Shown piece by piece: positions 51,160-64,000 of a DNA stretch of 64,000 nucleotides. Position 1 is the first letter of the stretch. The number at the start of each line of letters is the position of its first letter. Under the pieces are notes generated by a model. The model saw nothing but the letters and a program-made list of their open reading frames with translations, made no database searches and had not been told where the DNA came from. The stretch is taken from the NCBI GenBank assembly GCA_951406725.2, contig OX597815.1, positions 78,864,001 through 78,928,000 of the forward strand, in the 5' to 3' direction. Both the position numbers and the translations under genes were made by a program. The DNA comes from Octopus vulgaris (taxonomy: Eukaryota).

Positions 51160-52170
51160 TTAGGTCATCAAGTATGAAATTTGTAGTAAGGTATATGGTA
51201 AACTTTGACAGCTGCTCATATTGTGCCATTATTATATTTTGACAATCTTTATTTTTTTGTTAGAAAGCTGACACATCTATTTCTTTATTCTATTGCACTT
51301 CATAAAGTATTTATAAATCGTTTTTTGCTGTTTTTGTTTAGAGATAGATAAGTCAGAAATTCATACAGTTTTGAAATATGAGTTATTTCTTGGAAATATA
51401 GCATCACAGACAGCGTGAAATATTAATGGAGTATTTCATTTTAATGTTATTACACAGTAGACATTAGCAAATTGGTTTGCAAAATTTCGTTCTGGTAACT
51501 TTGACCTCACAAATGAACAAAATGGTCAACCAGAAACAAAGGTGGATAATGATGAACTGAAAGCCACTGTCAAGTCAGATCCATCTAAAAGTGCCCATGA
51601 ATTATTGCTGTTGTTTGGTGTTAGCAAGCAAACAGTATTGACTCACCTAGTTCAAATCAGTAAAGTGAAAAAGTTGGATAAGTGGGTTCCACATGAACTC
51701 AAAGAAAATCAGAATCAGCAACGTTTGGAAGCCTGCATTATGCTACTTTCTTGTCACAAAAATGAATCATTTTTGAATTGAATTGTAACTTGATGAGGAA
51801 TGGATCCAATACAACACCAGACCACACATTGCAAAAATGACATTGGCAAAACTATAGGAGTTGGGATTGGAAGTTCTCCATCATCCACCATACTTACTTA
51901 ATCTTGCTCCCACTGACTACTACTTCTAGAATTTGGATAACTTTTTGATAGGAAAAAAATTTAATTCCGATGATGCTGTAAAATAGGCCTTCTAAGATTT
52001 TATTGACTCGATTGCCAGGCTTTTACAGTTCCAGGCTGGATAAGCTACCGCTGAAATGGCAAAAGTGTATTGACAATATGGGTGCATACTTTGATGAATA
52101 AAACTGTTCTTTGTATTTATAAAACATCAAACTTTTTTCTTTGCTACAAATTTCATATTTGACGACCTAA
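51160..52170 (+). mobile_element. Internally deleted mariner
   Basis: TA|TTAGGTCATCAAGTATGAAATTTGTAG TIR and its inverse; LDKWVPHEL and HPPY..LAPTDY motifs. Confidence 0.9.
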
Positions 52171-52588
52171 TAATAAAGAGAGAGTTAGGCAGACAGATGA
52201 AAAGAGGGTAGAAAAGGGCCAACTAGCTAACATACCATAGAAGTAGCTGGATTTTCAATCCTGTAGTTTTCTCTTGGGGAAATATTACTTTGTCTGGAAA
52301 TGAGTGAGAGTTGGCTACAGGAAGAGTATCAAGTCACAGAAAGTCTACCTCAACAAATTCAATCTAACCCATGCTAGCATGGAAAAAATGGATGTTAAAA
52401 TTGTGATGATGATGATGGCAATGGTGGTGCAAACTTCTAAAAGCAAAGACAAAGAAGATAAAAAATTTTCCAAAAGATAAATAATTTTGTTGCTCATCTT
52501 ATAAAGTGTTGTAAATATACCCTTTAAAGATAAGGTGAACCACTTTGAAAGTTATAACCCAAGTTTTCTTTTCGTATTTATTTTACAG

Positions 52589-52702
52589 TTGTTTGTCCGC
52601 ATGAAGGAAAGCAGCAGAGTTCTTAAGAAAGAACAAATTAAAGCCAATGACTCAAAGACTTATGAAACCCAACATGGCCACTGCAGTTATTCAGATTATG
52701 TG
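52589..52702 (+). CDS. THADA: THADA exon 18 (LFVRMKESSRVLKK...SDYV)
   Basis: ttttacag| ... |gtaagt; resembles LFCRIQESSQVL. Confidence 0.92.
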
Positions 52703-52975
52703 GTAAGTTTCTCTCTTGGTGACATCAAGTTTCACCCCTATACACCCATTGGTACATTTTTTCTTGTTGCTACATAATGTAGCAACCCAAAAGTATGTTT
52801 AATTTACACTGTGTTAAAGTGAAAAATTATTAGGCTTTGTATGGAGATATTTAGTGGATGGAAACTGAAAGAAGTCCATCATATATATATATTTATATAT
52901 ATATGCGCACACACACACATACACAGATATATACATATACATTTATATACATACACACATACATCTACATGTATA

Positions 52976-54352
52976 CAGTGTGTGATGAGTAAATCATTGC
53001 CATTCTATATTTTAATTTCATGCATGCGCATTGTTTAGTTTTGATTTTGTCGGTTACACATTATAGTAGGGTCAGTTGGGCACTTTCTGTGAGAAAAACA
53101 GCACCATGACACAATTTAATCTGCCAGAAATTTGGAAATGACATGCCGTACTGATTGGCATTTGTACCAGAAGCTTCAATATGAACTTTCCAGAGTGTTT
53201 GGTGTCAATCTGAGGACATGTACCAAGAATGATCAAAATCAGACCTCCAGTCAACATCATGGTGTCTGGAGTGATCACTATTGATGGTGATGTTATGCCT
53301 TTGTAGTGACATCATTTTCCAGTGTGCGCACACGCAACGTCATTCTTCAGTGTGCGTGTGCGGAACGTCATTCTTCAGTGTGCTGGTGCGGGGCTGGAAC
53401 CTTCTGGAAAGGCCTAAGAAAGTTCCCTCATGCACATGCGCAAGAGACTGGGGAAGAAAATTCTCTCGCGTTCCTTGTTAGCGTCGTTGACTTGAGACAC
53501 GGCTATTGAAGAGAAAGGACGTGTTAAGCGTGTGATCAGCCTATTCTCCTGTCCCAGACGCTTAGAATTTGACCTGCTCTGTTGCTGCTGAATTTGCTGT
53601 AAGAATCTTACGAATGTTAAAGTTCAGCCTTGCTATATCGAACCAAGTGGATACCAATATACCAACGTACTTCTTTTGTAAATAAGAAAATAAAGAGTTA
53701 TATATATTTTTAAGGTTGCGTTCTTGTTCCTGACTGGTAGTTTCTGGAAATTAAAGAAAGGAAATTGGTTGCACCCAAACAGTGTAAAGAATTAACCAGT
53801 TCCATTACACTTCCATTCATCTTCCCACACGTCCTCAGACTCAGCATGGAGGCCTACATCAAGTGCCTGGAGGAGGTAGTGCTGCCCTGGGGCAAGAGGA
53901 TGGCTGCTGGAAGACCTTATGTTTGGCAACAGGACTCTGTGCCATGCCACACCAGCAAGAGAATCCAGTCATGGCTGTCAGATAATTTCTGTGATCGCAT
54001 CACTCTTAACATCTGGCTACCTAACTCCCCAGACTGCAACCCACTTGATGTGTGGGTTGCAGTTGAGCCAGTAACCAACAATACTCCATGTAACGCCAAA
54101 AATGAACTGAAGGCAAGGATTATGGCAGCATTCACCAACTTAAACAAGGAGATCATCCAGAAGAGTTGCAGGAGATTCCAAAGTCTTCTGGCGGCCATGG
54201 TTGAAGCCAATGACAATTTTATTGAATAAATTTACTGTTTAGTATTTCAGTATATTTTTATGTAATTTTGGTAAATATATCTGTTAAAATGAGATGTCAG
54301 TGTTATTTTCATCTTTGCATAATTTAGACGACAGTCTATTTACCACATTCTG
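52976..54352 (+). mobile_element. Internally deleted maT/mori-type (DD37D) transposon
   Basis: WQQDSVPCH...SPDCNPLD with 37 aa between the Asp residues; degenerate TA|CAG..TGTG TIRs. Confidence 0.82.
53302..53809. mobile_element. Solo LTR nested in a maT transposase
   Basis: TGTAGTG...CATTACA termini; interrupts the host frame VMP|PFIFP; TSD degenerate (cctt/cttc). Confidence 0.7.
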
Positions 54353-54966
54353 TATACACACACACAAATATATATATCCATATATATACACACATATATA
54401 TACATACATGTGTGTGTGTGTGTTACTGTCTCTTTGCTTTGACATCATGTGGTTGTCATAAACAAGTGTCACCATTATGCAGGTGGTGAACTTCCTGCTC
54501 ATGGGAAATATTACCTTACTTGGTAACTGGTGAGGGTTAGCAACAAGAAGGGCATCTGGCTGTAGAAAATCCACCTTAACAAATTCTGTGCAATTCATGT
54601 GAGCATAGAAAAGGGAACATTGAAATTTTTGTTGACAAAAGTAAGAGACGTTTTGGAGTTGTTTCTTTTATCTTTCTACACTAGGATTCATCACCAAAGC
54701 TAATGATCTTTCTCTTGATTACAGTTGTAATTTTAATTCAAATGTTTGTTCCCTCTCCAGCTATCTATGTGTGTGTGTGTGTGTGTGCATGTATATATAA
54801 TTTTTTGTAACATTTCAAGGAAAAGCTTTGTAAAAGTCTTGTCATATCTTTTTAATGTGAAAATCAGTGGTTAACAAAAAAAAGTGAACATCTGTCCCCT
54901 AAGATACCATCTTCACTTTCTTCAAAATTTCATTTATCCAAACATTTTAACTTTTTCTATTCATAG

Positions 54967-55096
54967 ATATTTTTGTCTGATTTGATGGCTATGCTTTTGG
55001 ATAAGATCTTTCCATCAACTCCCTTCACTTGTCGAACCACTGCTCTTAGCATCATCGCACTCATTGTGGATATTTTCAAACCAGAAGCTCTTGACA
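54967..55096 (+). CDS. THADA: THADA exon 19 (IFLSDLMAMLLDKIFPSTPFTCRTTALSII...)
   Basis: tattcatag| ... A|gtaagt; resembles LFPGSSYSTRFSAL. Confidence 0.92.
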
Positions 55097-55456
55097 GTAA
55101 GTGTCTTTTAAAACCTGATCATCTTGTCCTCACTATCATTTTTAAAACCTGATCATCTCATCCTCACTATCATTTTTTATTTTATCCCCAGCTGATATAG
55201 TTTAGATGGAAGTAGCTTGCATTTAATTGCAATTAGTACACTACTCACACGTTTCTATTCACAGTAGACCAATCCTGTTCATCCCCATCATCAGCCGCTG
55301 TTAGCATTGGCAGCAACAGACCATGATATTGTCACCATTATCAACAACTACACAACTCACTATGATTTTCTTTAATACCATCCCATCTTCATCTCCACCA
55401 CCACCATTATCACTATTTACCCTTTAAATTTTTAACAATTGCTTTCAATCTTTCAG

Positions 55457-55605
55457 ATAACAAGACCGGTAGTATGTTTCCGCTGTCCACAGTAACAGAG
55501 TCAAGACAATTGACTTTGTTACAGTGTCTCACTGATACTTTTGAAGAGAATAAAACCACCGCTTTCAAAATATTCATAGCTTTGCCGAAACCATTTTTTC
55601 TGAAG
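55457..55605 (+). CDS. THADA: THADA exon 20 (...TLLQCLTDTFEENKTTAFKIF...)
   Basis: tctttcag| ... AAG|gtaggt; resembles TLMECFTSTFEDVK. Confidence 0.92.
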
Positions 55606-56773
55606 GTAGGTTAGATTAAAAGAGTTTTTTTATATTTTATGTCCTATTTAAAAGTGGAGGGCTCTGCTCAAGAACATTTTGCAGAGCCTGGGTGACTAGT
55701 GAGGGGAAGTAAAGTAAAAGCTTAACTCATGGATATTAAAAGCACTCAAGGCTAGGTAGTGGTTTTAAACTGGAGGATAGATTAGCATTACCACCCATGA
55801 TTATTCTGTTAATCAAAAGACGAATAAAAGAATTACATAAGTTATTCCTTGAAGGAAATGTAAACTGTAGACATTAAATGAAAATGACCTGTGTGGTTAA
55901 GGAGTTTACTTTGCAACCACATTTTTTCAGCTTCACTTCCACTGAACGACATCTTGGCTGAATATCTTGTACTATTGCCCAGGGTTAACAAATCCTTGTG
56001 AGGGAATTTGGTAGACATAAATTGAAAATAAAAGCCTGCTTTGGCTGCGTATGTACTTGTCTTGACATCACATGCTAGTTTTGAGGACATAAACAAACCA
56101 ACACTGGTTGTCAAGCAATAGGTAGGGTTCACAAACACATAGATACACACACATAGGCATGGTTGTGTGGTAAGAAGCTTGCTTCCCAACCACATTATTC
56201 TACCTTCAATCCCACTGCGTGGCACCTAGGGCAAATGTCTTCTACCCTCAGGCTGACCAAAGCCTGGTGAGTGGATTTGGTGGACAGAAACTGAAAGAAG
56301 CTCATTGTATGTGTGTGTGTCTTTGTGACTGTGTTTGTACCCCCACCGCCATCACTGCTTAGCAACCAGAGTTGGTGTGTTTGTGTTCCTGTAACTTAGC
56401 AGTTCAGCAAAGAGTCCGATAGAATAAGTACTAGGCTTTAAAAAAAATAAGTCCTGGGGTCGATTCATTTTACTAGATCCTTCAAGGTGGTGCTCCAGCA
56501 TGGCTGCAGTCAAACGACTGAAACAGGTAAAGGAATAAAAGAATATAATAGGCTTTGATAATATTTTTGCCTCCTAAATTCACTCATAGAGCATTGGTTA
56601 ACCTGGGGCTATAGGCTGTAGTAGACGTCACTTGCCTAAGGTGCTACTGTGTAGTGGGACTCAACCTGAAACAAGCTTCTTAACCAAACAACTATGCTTG
56701 TGTCTGTCTTCAAAACAATTCTTTTTTCCATCTTTGTCTTAATTCTTTTTCATTTTTTTCTTTCCCACTCCAG

Positions 56774-57144
56774 AATACCTCATATCAGAAAGAACTGCTT
56801 TCCATAGCCATGACTCTTTGTACCAGCACTAAACCTCAGGATTGTTCAACTGCAGCCTACCTCTTGCATCTTCTGCTCTGCCAAGAGAGCATAGGTCCAG
56901 TTCTTGATGATTATCAACTCCAGTTGTTAACTACGATGTCAGCTGAAATGGATCAGCTGGAACAAGTGATCTTTAACAATAAATTTAAAACGAAAAACTA
57001 TCTCCGTATTGTTTGGTTACTTATTGTATTACTTAAGGACCAAATACAAGTTGCCCATGATTCTTTAGTGCATGCAGCTGCTAGCCGCCCTTTGTATCCC
57101 ACAATTCATTGCATACGTTACATCCTTACCAGTTTGGATCAAAG
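56774..57144 (+). CDS. THADA: THADA exon 21 (NTSYQKELL...STKPQDCSTAAYLL...AAASRPLYPTIHCIR...)
   Basis: cccactccag| ... AG|gtaaga; conserved STKPxDCxxAxYLL motif. Confidence 0.95.
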
Positions 57145-57923
57145 GTAAGAAGCTTGTTATTTGTTATTCTATTATAAATTGTTTGTCCATATACAGCATT
57201 GCATTAGATATTATGTGACTAACCTTTGTAGGGAATTTCATGTGAGGATATGTAATGTTAATTTAGGAGGAAGGCAAGTATAAGGTGACTGGAAATATTT
57301 TGAGAAGCAAACACATATCATTATCATCATCACCATCATTATTATTATAATTGTCATTGTTTAATGTCAAATTTCCATGCTAGTATGAGTTGGATGGTTT
57401 AACAGGGTCCATTGATCCATAGGGCTGCATTAAACTCTGTTGACAGATTTTGCATAGTTTCCTTATGTCAACTGTCAACCATTTGCACCCATATTTGTCA
57501 TCACATGATGGTTGTAAACAAGTGTCACTATTACACGAGTGATTTTGTTTGTTCCTAGTCTTCCATGAAACATATATCAGGCCATGGAGAGATATGACCA
57601 TGCTTGGAAACAGATGGGTGTTGGTTACTGGAAGGGCATCTGGCTATAGAAATTCTTCTTTAACAAGTTTAGTCTGACTCATGCAAGTATGGAAAAGTGG
57701 ACATTAAAACAATGATGATGATTAATACAAGACGATTACAAGGTCTTCAATGAGCTCCAACTAGATATAAAATTATATATTTAAATGTATTCAACCAATG
57801 AATTCTTAATCTTGATCTTCCGTTATTACAGACAAAACTTATGCATCTGTTTTTTGATAAATTATCCTTTACTGTTTACTGTAAATATATCTTTCATAAA
57901 CTTATATGATTTATCTTTGACAG

Positions 57924-58063
57924 TCAAATGGAAGATGCTACCGAATGTTGGAGAAATATCTTCGATATAATTGTTAATGTTTGTCTTGAGGTGTCTACTA
58001 TAGTATCTCCAGTTGTACATAACTCTTCACCGGAAGGGAACATTCCAGAAGATGCTATAATGG
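57924..58063 (+). CDS. THADA: THADA exon 22, start of DUF2428 region (VSPVVHNSSPEGNIPEDAIM)
   Basis: ctttgacag| ... G|gtaagc; diagnostic SPV..SSPEG.IP motif. Confidence 0.96.
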
Positions 58064-58169
58064 GTAAGCTACTAGATTTTTTTAACCAAAGAAAAAAAAA
58101 GCATGTTATTTTTTTTATTTTTGCTTGTGGCTTGCAGAAAGTATCATGTACAGTGACAACACCTATAGA

Positions 58170-58395
58170 GTATGTGGCACGTAAAAAGCACCATCCGTGG
58201 CCGTTTGCCAGCCCCGTCTGGCACATAAAAAGCACCCACTACACTCACAGAGTGGTTGGCGTTGGGAAGGGCATCCAGCTGTAGAAACATTGCCAGATCA
58301 GACTGGGCCTGGTGCAGCCTTCTGGCTTCCCAGACCCCAGTTGAACCGTCCAACCCACGCTAGCATGGAAAGTGGATGCTAAATGATGATGATGA
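58170..58395 (+). mobile_element. Retroposon 3' end with (GAT)n tail, probably an RTE-partner SINE. Copies at about 25880, 32860, 37135, 62360(-)
   Basis: Recurrent ggttggcgtt(a/g)ggaagggcatccagctgtagaaac..ccaacccatgctagcatggaaa..aaatgatgatg. Confidence 0.75.
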
Positions 58396-60226
58396 TAATA
58401 ATTGTCTTTATTTTCTATGTTCCACCAGAAGACTAGACATCTACCAGCCAAAGTGGTAATTTAATTCAGTGTGATTATACAACAGGTCTTCACTTCCAAA
58501 TAGTTTATGACAATACACACAGAGAATAGTAGTAATTTTTAATTACAAGATTCATAAGCCAGTTTCAGGTAAATGTGGTGTAGCAGTAATATTCTTGGTA
58601 TGAAGCTCTTTGTGTTACAGATGAAGTGTGAATAGAAAGTATTGCTGAGATAAAATAAAGGAAATCAACATATATAGTTGATAATCTGTTGGAATTCAGC
58701 TGAAATGTGTCTTGTATTCTATTAATTGAAATGAACAGAATGTGACCAATTCCATCAGTTTACTGCTCAGCTCTGGTTGAGAGTTATCAAAGAAAGAGAG
58801 AGTGAACAACTTGTTCTTGCTGAGTTTTGTAGAGCTAAAATGGTAAACGAAAGCTTTGAGATCCACACTTACATAACAAGTGCATAGCAAAGAGATATTT
58901 CTTCATAACTGGTCCAATAAACTGGTGAAAAAGAGTGAGCATCTAAAACTTTATTTGGTTGCATAAGGATCTCTACAAACTGACCACTAATCCTCGACAG
59001 CTAATCACTAATATAATTGTTGGTATCTCTAATTTGGTGTGCAATTCAGTGAAACAAAATGTTATTATAAAAACTTCCTTATAGGAAGATCATTAAGTTG
59101 TCAGGAGGGACACCCTTCCTAATGTCATATCCTCCCTAACATTACAATATGTTAATGTCTATATATTTTAGGCAGTGATCTTGCAGAATTATTAGCATGC
59201 CAGTTGAAATGTCTAGTGGTATTTTGTCCATCTTCACATCCTGAGTTCAAATTCTGCTGAAGTCAACTTTGCTTTTCATCTTTTCAGGATCAATAAAACA
59301 AGTACCACTTGAGTACTGGAGTCACTGTAATTGACTTATCTCCTCTCCCAAACATGCTGGCCTTGTGCCAAAGTTTGAATTCAACATTATCTATATGATT
59401 AGACTTTGTTGAAAACCATGAGCATTGCATCTCTTCCTAAGGATAAGTGACTTTTGCTAATGCTGGCTGCCACTGTTTTTTTTTTTTAATTCTCTTCTAA
59501 CATCCAATTAGGTTATGCCAATCTTGTCTCCTTTAACAGCACAGAGAAATAATCTTTAGACATAATCAAGAAAAAATATTGCACTTCACTCACATTAGAC
59601 AAGAACAGTATGCAGTTAGATACCTTATGGTTGCTTCAAATAGATAGAGACTTCTTCTCGTATGTCACTCACCAGGGCTCACTGATGAGTGGCATAGTAA
59701 GCCTTCACTCGAAGTAGATTTATGAAAATATGAACACTAGTACCTGTAAATTTGGAAGCTGCATGTATTAACACTCAAATGCATACAACTTCGGTATAGC
59801 AGGGTTAAACGTGAAAGGGTTAAATATGTGGTGTTTCTTGCTGGAGTGTAAGTACATTTGAGTGTTTGTAATACCTAAAAATAAGGCACTAAAGTGAGAA
59901 CTAAACAAAATTTGAGTTTTGTCATCATTAAATGTTAATATATTCATTTCTATGATACTTGCTTATGTTTACTCAATATAATAGCCATAGTTGATCTGAA
60001 ATTGTTGCTAATACTATTACATTAAACTCACTGTCAATCTGAAACTATTGCTAATTTTAACTCAACATAAAATTTATTGTTAATCAGGAACTGTTGCTAA
60101 TGTTAACACACCACTATAACCATAGTTATCCTGAGACTGTTGCTAATGTTTGAATTTTATATTTACTTTTCACTACATGGTTGATGACAATGCTTCCTTT
60201 CTGTAGATATTATACTTTTATTACAG

Positions 60227-60462
60227 GTCCTGGGTTAAATGTTGGCGCTCTTGTTGGGTGTCAAGGAGACCAAGAGGCCCTTCAGAATGCAATTTCTCAG
60301 AGCAATGAATTAGTTACGCTGATGCCAGAGTATTTGGTTGTGTGTTGTTGGAGGAGTATCAAAGAAGTGTCATTGTTATTGGGACAAATTTGTCAAGATA
60401 TTTCAGTAGGAGATGGAGACGTTAATCTCAATGATAAACCAGATCTAATCACAGTGAATCAG
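60227..60462 (+). CDS. THADA: THADA exon 23 (...YLVVCCWRSIKEVSLLLGQICQ...ITVNQ)
   Basis: tattacag| ... CAG|gttggt; diagnostic CCWRS.KEV.LLLG motif of THADA/Trm732. Confidence 0.96.
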
Positions 60463-61886
60463 GTTGGTTAAATAATTTCCACATCATCAAACTTTGCTTT
60501 CACTTTTCACTTGCTATCTTAAAAAAAAATGTTGACCAACTTTACTTTAGATTCTACTATTGCTTCTTCTATATTATATAAGTTTCTGCTGTTTTCTGTA
60601 ATTGGACCCTAAAGAAAAGGATGGAATCAATAATAATATATAAGGTTTATAAAATCAAAAAGCGATGCAGCAGTCATGATAATCAGAAACATTTTTCCAC
60701 ACTGAGAATTGTCGAAGCATAGAATAAAGTACCTGTGTCTGTTGTTAGCTGTTAGCTGAAATTTCTCCAACAATACTACTGATGTGCCCATGCACCCTTT
60801 CCTCTTTCTGGCTCTTTTACAGTTCACATTTCTGTCTTTTGTATTTTGCATGTATTGTGCATGTGCCTTGGCTTTCATTGCTGTCTTTCCTTGCTTAAAT
60901 TATATGTCTATCTCCTCTTTTAACGTTTTTTGATAAATGTATAGTTCTAATAAGCTATCTATCCAGACAAGTAGCCTTTTGATATTTATACATTTATTAT
61001 TTGTCTTAGTAGCCTATAAAATTCTAAGCATAAAAGTCAAAGTGGTTATTTTGAGCCTAAACCTAAAATAATTTATTTGATATTACTGGAGTGAACTGCA
61101 AGTCAGTGCAAGGTACCTAATGAATCATGGTTTCATTTTTTTAATAATAATTATGAGCTTATTATACACAGTGGTCAGGTGCATTACAAATCGTCAGAAT
61201 AAGTTTTATATCCATTTTTAAATGCTAACATGAGTTGGACTGATATTATCAGGGTATTGTTTTACTGCTGGAAGCTCTCTTTTTATAAGTTGCTCACCCT
61301 TACCTCAAGAACAATTTGTTAACAGAGAATGTTAATAAACATTACCGTTTTTAGCTAAATGCTTTCGTATGAAGATGCAGAATATAAGCATTCTCAAGCA
61401 CTTCCAAATATATATGCCTGCATGCATACATACATACATATATATGTAGGAACACTCTGTCAGTTATAATGACAAGGGTCTCAGCTGATTCGATCAACGG
61501 AACAGCCTGCTCATGAAATTAACATGCAAGTGACTGAGTACTTCACGGACATGTGTAATCTTAACGCAATTTTCAGGGAGATTCAGTGTGACACAGAATG
61601 AGACAAGGTTGGTCCTTTGAAATACAAGTACTACTCACTTTTGCCAGCTGAGTGGACTGGAATACCGTGAAATAGTGTCTTGTTCAAGGACAAAGAATTG
61701 CCAGGAATTGAACTCACGACCGTATGATCATGAGCCAAATATCCTAACCACTAAGTCATGCACCTTGACACTTATATGTATATTCCTGAATATCACAGTG
61801 GCATGAAACCTCAGCCATTAGACAAACTTTCAGTTTCAAAAGAACTTAATATATCTATCCATCCATTCTCCCCCACTCTCTCTTTC

Positions 61887-61926
<40 letters not shown>

Positions 61927-62316
61927 ATGTATATGTATAATCATCATCATTTAGCATCCTTTTTCTGTGTTGGCATGGATGGTTTGACAAGAGCAAATGG
62001 CCCAGAATGTTCCACCAGGTTCTGTGTCTGCTTTGGCATGGTTTCCACAGCTGGATGCCCTTCCTAACACCAATCATTTCACTGTAAGAAAATGTAGAAT
62101 GAATGTAGCACAGTTTTTATATTCATTAAAACTGCTTCCATATTACTCCGTTTTTAACCACATTGCATATAAATGATTCTGTTTGAAAAGTTGTGCAATA
62201 TATGTTAACTATATTAGAATGGCATTTCACCAAACAACAATTAAATCATACCTCTTTGCATTGTATGAAGAATATATATCTTGTATTGCTTACATAGGGA
62301 ATTTGTGTTGTTTCTG

Positions 62317-62364
<48 letters not shown>

Positions 62365-63368
62365 TCATCATCATCATCATTTAACGTCGGTTTTCCATGC
62401 TAGATAGGTTGAACGGTTCGATTGGGGTCTGGTAAGCCATGGAGGCTGCACCAGGCTCCAGTCTGATTTGACAGTGTTTCTACAGCTGGATGCCCTTCCT
62501 AACGCCAACCACTCCATGAGTGTAGTGGGTGTTTTTTACATGCCGCCGGCACAGGAGTCAGCACAGGCTGGCAAACGGCCACAATCGGTTGGTGCTTTTA
62601 CGTGTCACCAGCACTGGTGTCTTAACTACAATTACCATTCGAATTTTTGACATTGATGAACTTGACTCAACAGGTCTCCTCAAGAACAGCGGGTCACTCA
62701 ATGATCCAAGGCTGTCCTGCGAGCATGAACTCACTTCATTTGTTGGGTCTTCAAACCCTCATGAACAGCAAGTCACTCTTCGATCCAAGGTTAGCACAGC
62801 AAACTGTCCTGTGAGCCATGAACTCACTTCATTTGTCGGGTCTTCGAAGTCACAGCACATCTCCAGAGGTCTCAGTCTTTCATCATATATATATAAGCAC
62901 ACACACGTGTGTGCGGAAGGGTTCCTTATACAGTTTCCGTCTATTCTATTCACAAGGTGTTAAGAAGTTTGCTACTTAACCATGTGGTTTCAAGTTCAGT
63001 TCCACTGTGTGACACCTTGGGCAAGTGTCTTCTAATATAGCTTCAGACTGGTCAAAGCCTTATGAGTGTGTTTTGCAGGTAGAAACTGAAAGAAACCCAT
63101 TGTGTGTGTGTGTTCTTGTCTTGACACAGTGGTAATTGTGTCATTGTCACACAAGTAGTGTCATTCATTTCCAACATTCTGTAAAAGCATGTCTGGCCAT
63201 GGGAAAATATTACCTTGCTTGCAAACAAGTGAGGGTTGGCGACAGGAAGGACACCTTATAGTTGAAAATCTACCTCAATAAACTCTGTCCGACTCATACA
63301 AGCATGAAAAAAATGAGCATTAAAACGGTTATGATGACGTTTAATATTTTATTTTATATTATCAACAG

Positions 63369-63478
63369 GTAATATCCATTGGGGATTATTTCACAACACA
63401 ACTGTTAGAATCAAAACACAGAGGAGCATTTGAACTTGCATATGCCGGCTTTGTAAAAATGTGTGACATGTTATGGAG
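63369..63478 (+). CDS. THADA: THADA exon 24 (VISIGDYFTTQLLESKHRGAFELAYAGFVKMCDMLW); gene continues beyond window
   Basis: atcaacag| ... AG|gtttgt; diagnostic IGDYF...HRGAFELAYxGFVK motif. Confidence 0.96.
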
Positions 63479-64000
63479 GTTTGTAATGTGCAAAATATTT
63501 CATGTTAACTTTTATTACATTTAATGCACAGACAATTTGTAATTAGCAATTTTCATTGGGTTACAGATAGGGGACATAATTCACTGTTACTTCACTGGAA
63601 GGGAGACAACTTGTTCAGATACAATGGTTATAAGGGAAGTAATTCCATTGATTGGTATCGGACTGACTATGATCCCAATGTGGTTAGCCATGATAAGATG
63701 GCTCCTATACTTATGATACTTCCTTTTCCATTAATTCGTTTTGACATTTGATCTGGACTGGTTCTTTAGGAAGTAAACTGACTGACAATGTCAGCCCCAT
63801 TTCATGATTTCTCTTTAGTACATTAGGGAAAATGAAGGTCCATGCTCTAGTGGCTAAGGTATTAGACACACGATCATAAGGGTGTGGTTTTGGTTTCCAG
63901 ACCCAATGGCATGTTGTGTACTTCAACAAAATACTTCATTTCACATTGTTCTGGTTCATTCAACTGAAAATGAAAACCAGCAACAGATGTGTGTTAACCC

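Noticed and set aside
55105-55176. About 34-bp tandem duplication after the exon 19 donor
   Set aside because: Simple slippage duplication with no evident functional signal
60207-60226. Upstream acceptor ctgtag for exon 23
   Set aside because: Would add 20 nt and break the frame; 60227 fits phase 1

Overview
AT-rich, repeat-dense animal genomic DNA. The SINE families and (TA)n/(CA)n/(CAT)n load look like an octopod cephalopod (Octopus-like; recognised from memory, not searched). Main feature: a + strand THADA (Trm732/DUF2428 family, tRNA 2'-O-methylation cofactor) gene. I traced 24 GT-AG coding exons with consistent phases from ATG 15447 to 63478 (3449 nt, about 1149 codons); the gene continues past the window end. 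Most ORFs in the supplied track are microsatellite/SINE artefacts or transposase remnants. Flanks and introns hold a Penelope-like element capped by an inverted copy of its own 3' end, a Tc1 (DD34E) with a nested solo LTR, several mariner (DD34D) relics and one maT (DD37D) relic, two further solo LTRs, non-autonomous Helitrons, a TIR element carrying (CCCTAA)n, and many tRNA-derived SINEs. The most unusual signal is a set of minimal type-I hammerhead-ribozyme folds whose core position 3:8 pair differs by family (U:A, G:C, C:G). Also notable: foldback hairpins in THADA introns, a CpG-decay boundary near the gene start, and a Cys-rich insertion in THADA. Everything was read by eye; no searches or folding programs were run.
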